This document shows, one piece after another, positions 47,559-57,800 of a DNA stretch of 64,000 nt. The translations under genes were made by a program, and so were the position numbers. Under the pieces are notes generated by a model that saw only the letters and a list, made by a program, of their open reading frames with translations, was not told the origin of the DNA and made no database searches. The DNA is from Thermoplasmatota archaeon. Its GTDB lineage: Archaea > Thermoplasmatota > E2 > JACPAO01 > JAHFTW01. The DNA lies in the NCBI GenBank assembly GCA_049602735.1, contig JBMYRW010000002.1:3760-67759 (forward strand), written 5' to 3'. Positions within the stretch are counted from its first letter, which is position 1. Each line of letters begins with the position of its first letter.

Positions 47559-48386
47559 CTAAGCGTCCCAGTGGACGCTGCGGCGCCAATCGACGCCCAC
47601 CGTACGAGCCCCCAGCTTCGGCACCAACGCCGCCTTGCGCTTGTGCTCACTGCCACGCACCAGGCCATCGATGCGCAGCACCTCCTCCAGAGGGATACCG
47701 GTACGCGCCGCGATCGTGGACGGCTGGGCGTTGAACTCGAAGCCCTTCAGGATGCGGTCCAGGTCATCGTACGACATCCCCAGCTCCTCCTCGTCCGTCT
47801 GCCCCGGCCACAGCCCCGCCGACGGAGGCTTCGTGATGAGCACCTCCGGCAGCCCCACGTGCTCCGCCAGCTCCCGCACCTGCGTCTTGTAGAGGTCCCC
47901 CAAGGGTTGCAGGTCGTTGCCGCCGTCGCCGAACTTCGTGAAGTAGCCGGTGAGCAGCTCCGACTTGTTGCCCGTGCCGCACACGAGCGCCCCCCGCCGC
48001 TGAGCCTCCGCGTAGAGCAACAGCATGCGACAACGGGCCTTCGCGTTGGCCCGCGCCGCGCCCTCCAAGGGGCCGCCGAGCGCTGCCTCCGCGCCTTCGA
48101 GCACCGGCGCGATCGACCGCTCCAACGCCTCGATCCCCAGATGCTCGGCCGTCAGCCTGCCATGGGCGGCGTCCTCCGGTTCGCTGCCGTCCGACGGCAT
48201 CAGCAGCCCAACAACACGGTCCGTCCCCAGCGCCCGCACGCACAGCGCCGCCGCGAGCGCCGAATCGAGGCCCCCGGAAAGGCCCAGGACGACGCCGTCA
48301 GCGCGCGCACGGCGCACGTGGTCGCGGATGAACGTCGTGACGATCGCCTCCCATTCTACGGGGCCGTCCAGGGCAGGCTGCTGCAC
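47559..48386 (-). CDS. nadE: NH3-dependent NAD+ synthetase
   Basis: VLGLSGGLDS, NAKARCRM, GTGNKSE, GYFTKFGDG, KPPSAGLWPGQTDE, SEHKR; no glutaminase domain; GTG start inferred. Confidence 0.93.
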   Translation of the reverse strand: MQQPALDGPVEWEAIVTTFIRDHVRRARADGVVLGLSGGLDSALAAALCVRALGTDRVVGLLMPSDGSEPEDAAHGRLTAEHLGIEALERSIAPVLEGAEAALGGPLEGAARANAKARCRMLLLYAEAQRRGALVCGTGNKSELLTGYFTKFGDGGNDLQPLGDLYKTQVRELAEHVGLPEVLITKPPSAGLWPGQTDEEELGMSYDDLDRILKGFEFNAQPSTIAARTGIPLEEVLRIDGLVRGSEHKRKAALVPKLGARTVGVDWRRSVHWDA

Positions 48387-48505
48387 GACGCGGCCAGCAG
48401 CGCCTCCGTCTTCTGCCTTCCGTGGCCCCCACGCGCAGGCGAACGGCTGCCGAAGCCGCACTCGGGTTGCCCGCGTTTTATGTACTAGTTGGTAAGGATA
48501 CGCCC

Positions 48506-49567
48506 ATGGCGCGCCCCATCCTGATCGCGGCCCTTCTGATCGCCAGTGTGCTACCCAGTGCGCATGCCGACACACCCAGCGGGACCGTCGTGGCCACCGG
48601 CCACATCGACACCTTCCATCTGTCCCACTCCGACGATCTCGTCGATTTCTTGATCTTCACGTCGCAATGGCGCAATGAATGGCCGGACGACCCGGACACG
48701 GACTATTCGTTCTGGGCGAACGTCACCGACGGCATGTGGCTCGAGACGCACACCCACCCCGAGCCGCTCTTGGAAGACCCGTACGCGGCCGCCCCGTACG
48801 ATGTCGACATCGAGCTGTGGGGTGAGATCACGTGGACGGACGGCTTCAGCGGCAACACGTACGTCAGCGAAGACTGGATCAAGAGCTGCGACACCACCCT
48901 GGGCGACGTCTTCGAATGCGAAGCCAGCCGCGCCAGCCACGGCGACCACACCGAGACCTACGACTACGAGATCACCCACGCCCTCGTGATCGCGCGCCTC
49001 GGCACCGACCTGGACGTCACGCTCCTTTCCGTGCCAGAACCGACGCCCACGCCACCCCCGGGCCTGGAGGAAGTCAACGAGACCTACGCGCTGGTCTACG
49101 ACGCGTTCTATGATGAAGCCGGGCCCATCGTCAACGAGACCGGCCTGTTCGACCCCGAACCCTCGGAGCCGGAACCCAAGACGCACAATGGGACCATGAC
49201 AGCCGCGGAAGTGGCCGCCTTTTCGCTCATCCGCCTCGCCACAGGCAACGACGCGCCGTCCTGCGATGCCCGTATCGACGACATCCAGCCCGGCACAGGC
49301 TTCAACCTGACGAGCGCGCTGGGAGATGAATTTGATGTCAAATTCATTGAATTCGACGGCTTCGGCCTATCACACGTCTGGCATTTCCATGGCGACGGCG
49401 ATGACTGGGGCAACGTCCCGGCCGACGCCCAATACGCGTGCATCCAGTTCGAAGACGACGGCATCGGCGACGGCCTCTTCGGAGTCTACTCTTACACCGA
49501 CGGCCTTCCCGCGCGCGCCTCCAACGACCACACGCCGATCGATGAATACAACGTGATCCACCTCTAG
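48506..49567 (+). CDS. secreted acidic two-domain protein, function unknown
   Basis: MARPILIAALLIASVLPSAHA signal peptide; two beta-rich regions separated by Pro-rich linkers. Confidence 0.75.
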   Translation: MARPILIAALLIASVLPSAHADTPSGTVVATGHIDTFHLSHSDDLVDFLIFTSQWRNEWPDDPDTDYSFWANVTDGMWLETHTHPEPLLEDPYAAAPYDVDIELWGEITWTDGFSGNTYVSEDWIKSCDTTLGDVFECEASRASHGDHTETYDYEITHALVIARLGTDLDVTLLSVPEPTPTPPPGLEEVNETYALVYDAFYDEAGPIVNETGLFDPEPSEPEPKTHNGTMTAAEVAAFSLIRLATGNDAPSCDARIDDIQPGTGFNLTSALGDEFDVKFIEFDGFGLSHVWHFHGDGDDWGNVPADAQYACIQFEDDGIGDGLFGVYSYTDGLPARASNDHTPIDEYNVIHL

Positions 49568-49622
49568 GCCACCCGCGGCGCCTGCACGAAACAGCCAAGC
49601 GGGGCGGGCCGCTCGAACCGTC

Positions 49623-50417
49623 GTGAAGCTCGCCCTGTTCAGCGCCGCCGCCCGCCTGGGCGACGTGGAAGCCAACGTCGCCGCAGCAGCCGCCAGCGTC
49701 CAAGAGGCCGGCGCCGACGTGGCCGTCTTCCCCGAGCTCCACCTCACCGGCTACAACATCGGCGACGACGTCACCCGCCTCGCCTTCGCGGGCGAGGACG
49801 AGCGGCTCGAACCCCTGCGCTCCGCCGCCGCCGCGGCCCGTTGCGCCGTGGTCGCCGGTGCCCCCCGCACGCCCCGCCCCGGCATCACCCACAACAGCGC
49901 GGCCCTCATCGACGCCGACGGCAGCCTCTCCTGGTACGACAAGCGCTGCCTCGCCACGTTCACCACGTTCCGCGAAGGGCTCTTCTTCCAGCCCGGCGGC
50001 AGCAGTCCCGTCTGGGAGACCGCCCACGGCCGTATCGGCCTCAGCATCTGCTACGACCTCTACTTCCCCGAGTTCCAACGGCAGCAGGCGCTCGACGGCG
50101 CCGACCTCCTGCTCAACATCAGCGCCAGCCCGGCCACCACCCGGCGGTTCTTCCAGGCGATCCTGCCCGCCCGCGCCATCGAGAACGCCTCCTTCGCCGC
50201 CCAATGCAACGTCGTGGGCGCCCAGGACGGCGTCGTCTTCTGGGGCGGCAGCCACGCCATCGGCCCCCGCGGCGACCTCCTGGCCGCAGCCGAGCCGTTC
50301 CAGGACACCCTGACCCTCGTCGACATCGACTGGGACGACCTGGGCCCCGCCCGCGAGTTCCGTCCGACCCTCCGCGACGCCGCGGCCGCCGAGGCCGCAG
50401 CCCAATGGGCGGCCTGA
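49623..50417 (+). CDS. carbon-nitrogen hydrolase (nitrilase superfamily)
   Basis: Catalytic triad contexts FPEL, YDKRCL, SICYDLYFPE; ARAIEN; FWGGS. Confidence 0.92.
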   Translation: MKLALFSAAARLGDVEANVAAAAASVQEAGADVAVFPELHLTGYNIGDDVTRLAFAGEDERLEPLRSAAAAARCAVVAGAPRTPRPGITHNSAALIDADGSLSWYDKRCLATFTTFREGLFFQPGGSSPVWETAHGRIGLSICYDLYFPEFQRQQALDGADLLLNISASPATTRRFFQAILPARAIENASFAAQCNVVGAQDGVVFWGGSHAIGPRGDLLAAAEPFQDTLTLVDIDWDDLGPAREFRPTLRDAAAAEAAAQWAA

Positions 50418-50419
50418 GG

Positions 50420-51106
50420 ATGCGCTGCGTCGCCCTGCTCTCAGGAGGCAAGGACTCTGTGGCGGCCATCGACGTCGCCCGCGGCCACGGCTGGGAGGTC
50501 CCCGTCGCCCTGTGCATCGTGCCCGCCGAGGACGACGCATGGATGTTCCACACACCCAACCTGGCCGTCGTGGACGCCGTCGCCCAAGCCCTGGACCTGG
50601 AGTTGGTCCGCGCGCCGTGCCGATCGGGCCCTGAAGAAGAGGTGGCCGACCTGGAAACCGCGCTCGCCCAGGTCAAGGAAGAGCACGATGTGGGCGCGGT
50701 CGTCTCCGGCGCCTTGGCCAGCGAATACCAACGCACCCGCATCGACGCCATCGGCCACCGCCTCGGCCTTGCGACCTTCGCGCCCCTGTGGCATGTCGAC
50801 CCGGACACCTACATGGACGGACTCGTGGCGGCCGGCTACGACATCCGCATCGCCCGCGCCGCCGCCGACGGACTCGACGAGACCTGGGCCGGCCGCCGGC
50901 TCGATGCCCAGGCACTCGCAGAGCTGCGGGCGAACCCGAGCCGGCCCCACATCGCCGGCGAAGGCGGCGAGTTCGAGACGCTGGTGCTGGACGGACCAGG
51001 CTACCAGAAGAGGATCGAAGTGGAAGAAGAAGAGGTGGAGGCGACCGCCAGCCGCTCCACGTGGCACGTCAAGCGGTGGCGGCTGTCTGCCGTCAGACGA
51101 TGTTGA
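50420..51106 (+). CDS. dph6: diphthine--ammonia ligase (diphthamide synthase)
   Basis: ALLSGGKDS PP-loop, WMFHTPN, GALASEYQ, APLW, AGEGGEFETLVLD. Confidence 0.9.
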   Translation: MRCVALLSGGKDSVAAIDVARGHGWEVPVALCIVPAEDDAWMFHTPNLAVVDAVAQALDLELVRAPCRSGPEEEVADLETALAQVKEEHDVGAVVSGALASEYQRTRIDAIGHRLGLATFAPLWHVDPDTYMDGLVAAGYDIRIARAAADGLDETWAGRRLDAQALAELRANPSRPHIAGEGGEFETLVLDGPGYQKRIEVEEEEVEATASRSTWHVKRWRLSAVRRC

Positions 51107-52625
51107 TGGAGTAGACGTCGCTGTCGATCCCTTGGTTGCCTTCGAAGCTCACGGAGCCGCTGGCGCGGTACTTGCCGGCCAGCAGGGGAATCTCGGTGGG
51201 GACCTCAGCGACGCTCGGGAACACCTGCCAACAGCGGTTCAAGAACAGACGCGGCACCTCGAACTCGGCTTCGCCCAGGGCATCGGTCTGCTCGACGCTG
51301 CGCCAGCTGCGGCACGGCGTGTTCTCCAAGACGATGTTGACGGCGCCCGTGTTGCTCTGGTAGTCGACGTTCATGACGACATCCGCGTCCTCAATGGGGG
51401 TGCCGCTGAGGTACCGGACGTCCACGTCGATGACCGGCTGGCCGTAGAAGCGGTAGTAGCGCTGCGTCGCCTGGACGCGCACGTCCAGCTCATCCGTCAT
51501 GTCCACGCAGACGTCGTCGGTCGCCGTGAGGCCTTGACTGTCGTAGACGGTCAGCTCCAGGCATTGGGTGGCCAGGTCCGTGAACGAGCCGGTGTACGTG
51601 TCGGTCGTGCCGACGATGAGCCCCTCGTGGCGCCATTCATAGCTCGTGATGCCGCCGTCCTCCGGGTCGCTGCTGCCGCTGCCGTCGAAGGTCACGGATT
51701 CGCCGAGGTTGGCGAGCGTGTGGCTGGCGGAAGCCACCGCCGTGGGGGGCGTGTTGGCGTTGGGATCACTCGTACCGGCCTCGCAGCCACCCTCTGGGAC
51801 CGCTTCCAACACCATGTTGTCGAAGAACACAATGGAGTCGTACCACACGTCGTAGCGTTCATACAGGGAGAGCGTGAGCGTCTGGGGCACGCCGGGCTCG
51901 ACGGGGGTCTGGGCACGCAGGATCGGCGTGGCGTACCGGATGTGCTCGGGCGGCTGGTACCCGTACTCACCGTCCCTCCACGCCTGCTGGTTGCCCCAAG
52001 GCATGCCGGCCGTGGAGCCCAGCGCAGCAAAGCCGGTGGCATACTCGGAGATGGGATTGCCGTCGCCATCGACGGCGAAGTTGCCGGGCGCGTTCGTGCC
52101 TCCGAACTCCTCGAAGGAAAGCGGAGCCGGCCCCATTTGGGCGACGAAACCGTCCTCGAACCAGCGGCCATCAACGCCCTTGCGCCCGGGTTCTTCCTGG
52201 GTCACGAACTGGAAATCGAAGCGCAGGCAGTTGATGCCTGGCGCAGGCGTGAAATCGAAGGCGAGACGCGTCATGTCCTTGTCATCGACGGTCTCGTCAC
52301 CCTGCGTGGTGCCTCTGTACGAGCCGAGGAGCGACGGGAGCAGGATGTTCCCTAGCCCCCCGGTCGTCAACCAAGCAAAGCCCTCGCCGTGCAGGGGGAA
52401 CTCGCTGTACGGTCGCTCCGGGACGGCCGTCCCGTGCCCGTACCCCTGATAGCTCACGACGGCCGTCACCGAATCCAACGTCGTTGGATCGGCCGGCACG
52501 TGCTCCAACATGGAAGCCAGCGATGAGTCTCCGGACTGGAACGACGCTTGACCCAGCGGCGCCAAGGCAGCGGTCAGGAAAAGGACGGTGAGCGCCAAGG
52601 GCACGGCGCGGGCTCGAGCTTCCAT
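51093..52625 (-). CDS. secreted choice-of-anchor-L-like plus PKD domain protein (divergent paralog)
   Basis: Signal peptide; FDFQFVTQEE, YDSIVFFDN; PKD VTFDGSGSSDPEDG..SYEW..LTVYD. Confidence 0.8.
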   Translation of the reverse strand: MEARARAVPLALTVLFLTAALAPLGQASFQSGDSSLASMLEHVPADPTTLDSVTAVVSYQGYGHGTAVPERPYSEFPLHGEGFAWLTTGGLGNILLPSLLGSYRGTTQGDETVDDKDMTRLAFDFTPAPGINCLRFDFQFVTQEEPGRKGVDGRWFEDGFVAQMGPAPLSFEEFGGTNAPGNFAVDGDGNPISEYATGFAALGSTAGMPWGNQQAWRDGEYGYQPPEHIRYATPILRAQTPVEPGVPQTLTLSLYERYDVWYDSIVFFDNMVLEAVPEGGCEAGTSDPNANTPPTAVASASHTLANLGESVTFDGSGSSDPEDGGITSYEWRHEGLIVGTTDTYTGSFTDLATQCLELTVYDSQGLTATDDVCVDMTDELDVRVQATQRYYRFYGQPVIDVDVRYLSGTPIEDADVVMNVDYQSNTGAVNIVLENTPCRSWRSVEQTDALGEAEFEVPRLFLNRCWQVFPSVAEVPTEIPLLAGKYRASGSVSFEGNQGIDSDVYSINIV

Positions 52626-52720
52626 GCTGGCCGCAGGCGACGTTTCTTTATTAACTAGGTACAACCAAAAGATGACGAACAGGAGAATGAAGGAAAAGGG
52701 ACGCCGTTCGGCGATCGTTG

Positions 52721-54166
52721 TTACAAGAGGGCGATGCCGTACCGGTCCGAGTCAGAGCCGCCGTTGCCGTCCTTGGCGACCGAGCCGACGGCGCGGTAGT
52801 CGCCGCCCGCGACCGGGAGCTGCGTCGGGACCTCGACGAGGCCGGGCAAGGCACCGAGGCAGCGCTCGACGACGAAGAACGGCACGTCGAACGAGGCGCG
52901 GCCGTTGCTGGCGGTGGTGCCGGAGGCGGACCAGTCGGGGCAAGGGGTCTGGCCGAGGATGCTGTTGACGGGCCCGATGTCGTTCGTGTAGGAGACGCTC
53001 AGGCCGACGGTGCCGCCGACCACGGGTTCACCGCTCTGGTAGAGCGCCTGCACGTGCACGCGCGGCTGCTGGTAGAACGCGTAGCTGTTGCGGCTGGCCC
53101 AGACGTCCACTTGCAGTTCGTCCGTGAGGTCCACGCAGACGGAGTCGACGCCGGTGGCTCCGAGGCTGTCGAAGACGGTGAGCTCCAGGCATTCCGTCGC
53201 CAGGTCGGCAAAGGAAGTGGCGTAGGTGGCCGCCGTGGAGACCAGGTTGCCGCCGTGGCGCCATTCATACGCAGAGACCGCGCCGTCCTCGGGGTCGCTG
53301 CTGGCGGTGCCGTCGAAGGTCACCGTCTCACCGAGGTTGGCCAGGGCATGGCTCGCCTGGGCCACGGCGGTCGGGGGTTCGTTGACGGCGATGACGCCAG
53401 GGTCGCAGCCCTCGGGGCCGGCGGCGCCGACGAACAGGTTGTCGATGAAGACCGTCGAGTCGTAGATGCTGTCGCCCTGGTCGAAGATCGACAGGAACAG
53501 GGTGTGGGCGCCCGGTCCCACGGGCGTCTGGGCACGCAGCAGGGCGCTGGCACCGTCATAGGAGGTGCCGGCGGCGTTGGCGGCGTTCATGGACGCGGCA
53601 CCGGCGGCGTTGATGCTGATCACGTCACCGTTCTCATCGAAGGCGAAGTTGTCCGGCGCCATGATGTCGCTGCCCATGGTCGTCCAGGTGGTGTCGTCCA
53701 GTTCGGCGATGAAGGCGTCATTGTAGTCCGTGCCCACCCATTCCGGGTATTCCTCCGAGAGGAAGCGGAAGTCGAAGCCGAGGCAGTCGCCGCCGACGGG
53801 CGTCGTGAAGCTGATGGCCAGGACGGTGACGTCCCAGTCCGTGTCGCCGCGGGCGTTGCCGCCGCCGAGTCCCACGCCGTCGCTGCCGGTGGTGCCGGTG
53901 GTGGCGAGCGCGGGGTCGCCGGTGGTCAAGATCGTGTACGTGTCGCCATCGACGGGGAAGCCGGCCAGGGGTTCGTCGCTGGTGGCATGGGGCATGCCGG
54001 ACGGCGGTAGCTCCAGGAACGTCGCGGCGGTCACGAGACCCAGTTGGGCCTCCATGGCGGCCACCAGGGCGTCAGGGTCAGCGGTCGGCGTCATGGCACC
54101 GTGGCCGGCAGGGGCCAACGCCAGGACGAGGGCGAGCGTCACGGAAACGGTCAGGGCGCGCCTCAT
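52721..54166 (-). CDS. secreted choice-of-anchor-L-like plus PKD domain protein
   Basis: Signal peptide; ILTTG, FDFRFLSEEYPEWVGTDYNDAF, DQGDSIYDSTVFID; PKD domain. Confidence 0.85.
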   Translation of the reverse strand: MRRALTVSVTLALVLALAPAGHGAMTPTADPDALVAAMEAQLGLVTAATFLELPPSGMPHATSDEPLAGFPVDGDTYTILTTGDPALATTGTTGSDGVGLGGGNARGDTDWDVTVLAISFTTPVGGDCLGFDFRFLSEEYPEWVGTDYNDAFIAELDDTTWTTMGSDIMAPDNFAFDENGDVISINAAGAASMNAANAAGTSYDGASALLRAQTPVGPGAHTLFLSIFDQGDSIYDSTVFIDNLFVGAAGPEGCDPGVIAVNEPPTAVAQASHALANLGETVTFDGTASSDPEDGAVSAYEWRHGGNLVSTAATYATSFADLATECLELTVFDSLGATGVDSVCVDLTDELQVDVWASRNSYAFYQQPRVHVQALYQSGEPVVGGTVGLSVSYTNDIGPVNSILGQTPCPDWSASGTTASNGRASFDVPFFVVERCLGALPGLVEVPTQLPVAGGDYRAVGSVAKDGNGGSDSDRYGIALL

Positions 54167-54244
54167 GAGAATCAATCCACGCCGCTCGAAGTGGCGTCGA
54201 TTCATGTAGCTTCGCCCTGTTGGAATTTCATCGACCCGGATTTT

Positions 54245-54688
54245 CTACAGATTACAGCGCAGATCGTGGACCTTGAAGCCCAGAGGCGCCAGGCGGGCCG
54301 CCACCAGGCTGCGATGGCAGGCGCCGGCGTCCGCTTCGAAGCAGACGAGGCAGACGCGTTCCTCCTGGGCGGTCCGCGCGAGGCCGGCCAGGGCCTCCGG
54401 CGCTCCGTCCAGCCGCGCCTCGAAGGCTGCAGCGAAGGTCTCCCACGACCCGCCGGCCTTGTACGGGTTGCGGATCTCCGGCGGTGCTCCCAGTCGCTTG
54501 CGGTTCTCGTAGGCGATGTCGGCGGCATCGAGATGCTCCGCCAGGACGTTCTTGCTGAACCCCTTCTTGCGGCTGAGTGGTCGCTCGCGGACATCGACGA
54601 CGCGTTGGATGCCGGCCGCCTGCAGCGTCGCCACGAACGCCGCCACGTCGGCCCCTTCGTAGCCCAGGGTCCAGATCGCCTTCTCCAC
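54245..54688 (-). CDS. DUF488 family protein
   Basis: IWTLGYEG, VVDVRERPLSRKKGFSK, CLVCFE...CHR. Confidence 0.88.
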   Translation of the reverse strand: MEKAIWTLGYEGADVAAFVATLQAAGIQRVVDVRERPLSRKKGFSKNVLAEHLDAADIAYENRKRLGAPPEIRNPYKAGGSWETFAAAFEARLDGAPEALAGLARTAQEERVCLVCFEADAGACHRSLVAARLAPLGFKVHDLRCNL

Positions 54689-54863
54689 GCGCAGCAGACG
54701 GCTGGCCGGGGCATGGGGATTGCGGCGCCCGCGCTTCCGATTCGTTCCAGCATTGAGCTAGATAGGTTGAAATGAGCATCCAGGGCTGACGACGCGGCTG
54801 GTCACTGTAGACGCACTGGTAACGCGTCTCCCTTGGCTCTACATACACTAGAGGTTGGTCTCG

Positions 54864-57800
54864 ATGGCTGGAACATCCCTCCCCCTGCTCGCACGTCCCA
54901 AGACGCTCATTTCGCTGGTCCTGGTCCTTCTGATGGTGGCTCCCGCCTCCATCATCGGCGCCGTGAGCGCCCAAGAAGCGCCCGCCCCGGTCGAACCGAC
55001 GATCTCGGAGCTGCCCGACGCCGAACGCGAGGCGTTCGTCGACCTGTATCTCGACGTGTTCGTGAGGGGGGTCGTCCCCCTCAACGACACGCCCGGCGTG
55101 TACCCCGACTACACCGGCGAGCTACAACAAGAGCTCGCGGACGAGGTCCTGGAAGGCATGCGTGCCGACCCGACCTTCGCGCCCAACCTTGACCCCGTCA
55201 ACGCCGGCCCCGCGCTCGGCTTCTCCACCCCCGAAGACCCTCTGATCGACCGCGAGACCGGTGAACCCGTCACCCAGGACCGCGTCGACGACCTCTACCG
55301 CGCCTTCCTGCTCGGCCTCGTCTTCAACCGCGAGGTGTTCATCGACAACATCCAAGCGGTCGCCGAGGACACCATGTCCCCCGAGGACGCCGAGGCCCCC
55401 CCGGCCGACCCGGCCGGCACCAGTGAACAGGAGAACCCCATCCGCCGCGAGTTCTACGAAGAACCGCTGAAGCACTGGGGCAACACCGACCCCAACGCCA
55501 CCCAGCCGCCCTCCTTCGAAGGACTCGGCCCCGTGCTGCTCGAACAGCCCGGCATCCCCGAGGGCGTCACCTACAGCACCAACGTGGACGTCCCCGCGGC
55601 GCTCCGCGACCTCACGCCTGCCCAGGGACCAGCCACCCTGCCCATGGCGATGCCCACCGACCTCGTCCAGACCGTCGAACCCCCGCAGCTCACCGACCCC
55701 GAGCTGCTGGCCGAACCGTCCGACCTCGCCGCCGCCCTCCCGACCAGCCCCCTGGGCGCGGTGCCCGTGGACGCCTGGGACGACCCCAACTTCCAACTCC
55801 GTCTGCCCCCGCTCCTTGAGTTCCTGCGTGACCTTGCCAACCTCGCCACGCACGAGCTCTTCGAACTGATGGGCATCCTCGTCGACGACGCGGCCATCCC
55901 GGCCAAGATCAGCGGCAACCTGCAGCAGGTGGCCCCTGAGGTCTACGAGCACATCCTCGACCTCGATGTCACGGCGGCCGAGTTCGCCGGCAAGCTGGAG
56001 TCCCTCCTGCGCCCGGCCACCATCGTCGCCGACACCAATGCCCTGCCCGAAGACCTGGAAGCGCTGGTCGCCTCCCTCCTCGAACGGGCCAATGAACTGC
56101 AGTACGCCGGCACCGTCAACGGCGTCGACTTCGAAGGCACCTGGGGCATCCCGGAAGCCATCGACATCGACAGCGACGGCCTGGCCGACCTGCTCGTCCA
56201 GCTCACCCTCAGCCCGGCGGTCGTGCCCATCGAGGACGGCCTGCTGGAGATGCGCCCCCACCTCATCGTGGAGCGCACCAACGGCGTGTGGGCCCTCGAT
56301 GCCCTCGACGACCTGCCGGCCCTCCCGGGCGCACCCTTCCCGGTGCCCATGCCGGCCTCGACGCAATTGGCCGGCGCCCCGCTCACCGGCGAGCAGCTGC
56401 TCGTGGCCGGTGTGGCCACCAGCGTCCCCGCGCCTCTGCAACCGTTCCTCCCCAGCGGCAGTGCCTTCCCGTACGACATGACGGTGGCCTTCCCGCTGGC
56501 CGACACGGACGCCGTGGCGGTCTTCGACGCCCACTTCCCCGGCGGCGCTGACCACTTCGAAGCGATCCTCGAGGACCTTGGGCCCTCCGTGCAGATCGCC
56601 ACGACCGGGTCCCCGGGCGCCTTCGAGTTCCTGGCTTCCATCCTGCACGAGGGTGCCCCCGGTGGCGACACGTCCACCCTGTCCCTCGCCGGTGACCAGG
56701 CCCCCGAACTGCTGGGCGCTGCGGCCGCCATCAACGCCGCCGCCGGCACCAGCATGCTCGACCTGACGCCCCTGCTGCCCATGGACCTGGAGGTCGGGCT
56801 GCTGCGCGACGGCCCTGCCGGTCGCCTCGCCCTGGCCGCCAGCAGCCAAGAGATGCCCCCCACGACCATCGTGAACGAGGGCGCCGACCTCGCCATCGAG
56901 ACCGTCGAAGGGGCCAACCTCGCCATCGCGCGCCAGGACTTCCTCTCTGACGACACCTTCGACCACGCGGGCCTTGTCCTTGGCAACGCCGCTGCCCAGA
57001 TCGACGCCACGCTCACCGAAGCCGGCTTCGACATCGGCCTCGACGAACGCGGCGCCGACGTGCACGCCATCGCGGGCCTGGTCGACGACGGTGACTACGA
57101 GCACGCCACCTGGGCGTTCATCGAGAACGCCGGGTACGGCATCGCCATCGACACCTCCGCCGGTGGCCTCACCTTTGACAGTGACAGCCACGTGGACGAC
57201 CTGCGTGCCGTGCGCGCCAAGACGGCCGCTGCGGCCCTCATGGGCACCGTGAGCGGCTTCAAGGTCACCGACGAGCTGACCGCCTTCGGCATGCCCGGCG
57301 CCCAAGAAGCCAGCGTCGTCCCCCAGGACGGCGGCTTCGACATCCAGAGCCTCACCGACCGCGACGTGCCCTTCCTGCTGGACATCGAACAGACCACGGC
57401 CCGCGGCCTGGAGGCGGAGCGCTTCAGCTTCTCCAACCTGCCCGGCTCCCTGGCGGTGGATGTCCGCGACGGTAGCATCAACGTCGGTGGCAACTCCCCG
57501 ATCGACCTGGTGACCGGCCAGCTGTCCCGTCCCCTCGACGGCGCCGGCATGGACCCCACCAAGGGCTTCGTCGTCCTCGATGACCTCAACGGCCAGGCCT
57601 CCGTGGCCATGGACGAAGCCAACGTGAACGTCCAGGCCAGCGGCGACCTCGCCTCCGGTAACGTGCTCGCCTCCAACGTCATCGACGGCGTGGGCGACCC
57701 GCAGTTCATCGCCATCCCCGGCAACCACATGCTGGCCGACGTGGTCGGCACCGCCCGCCAGTACTCGGCCCAGGTGACCGGCATGGCCAGCCTCGGCGAA

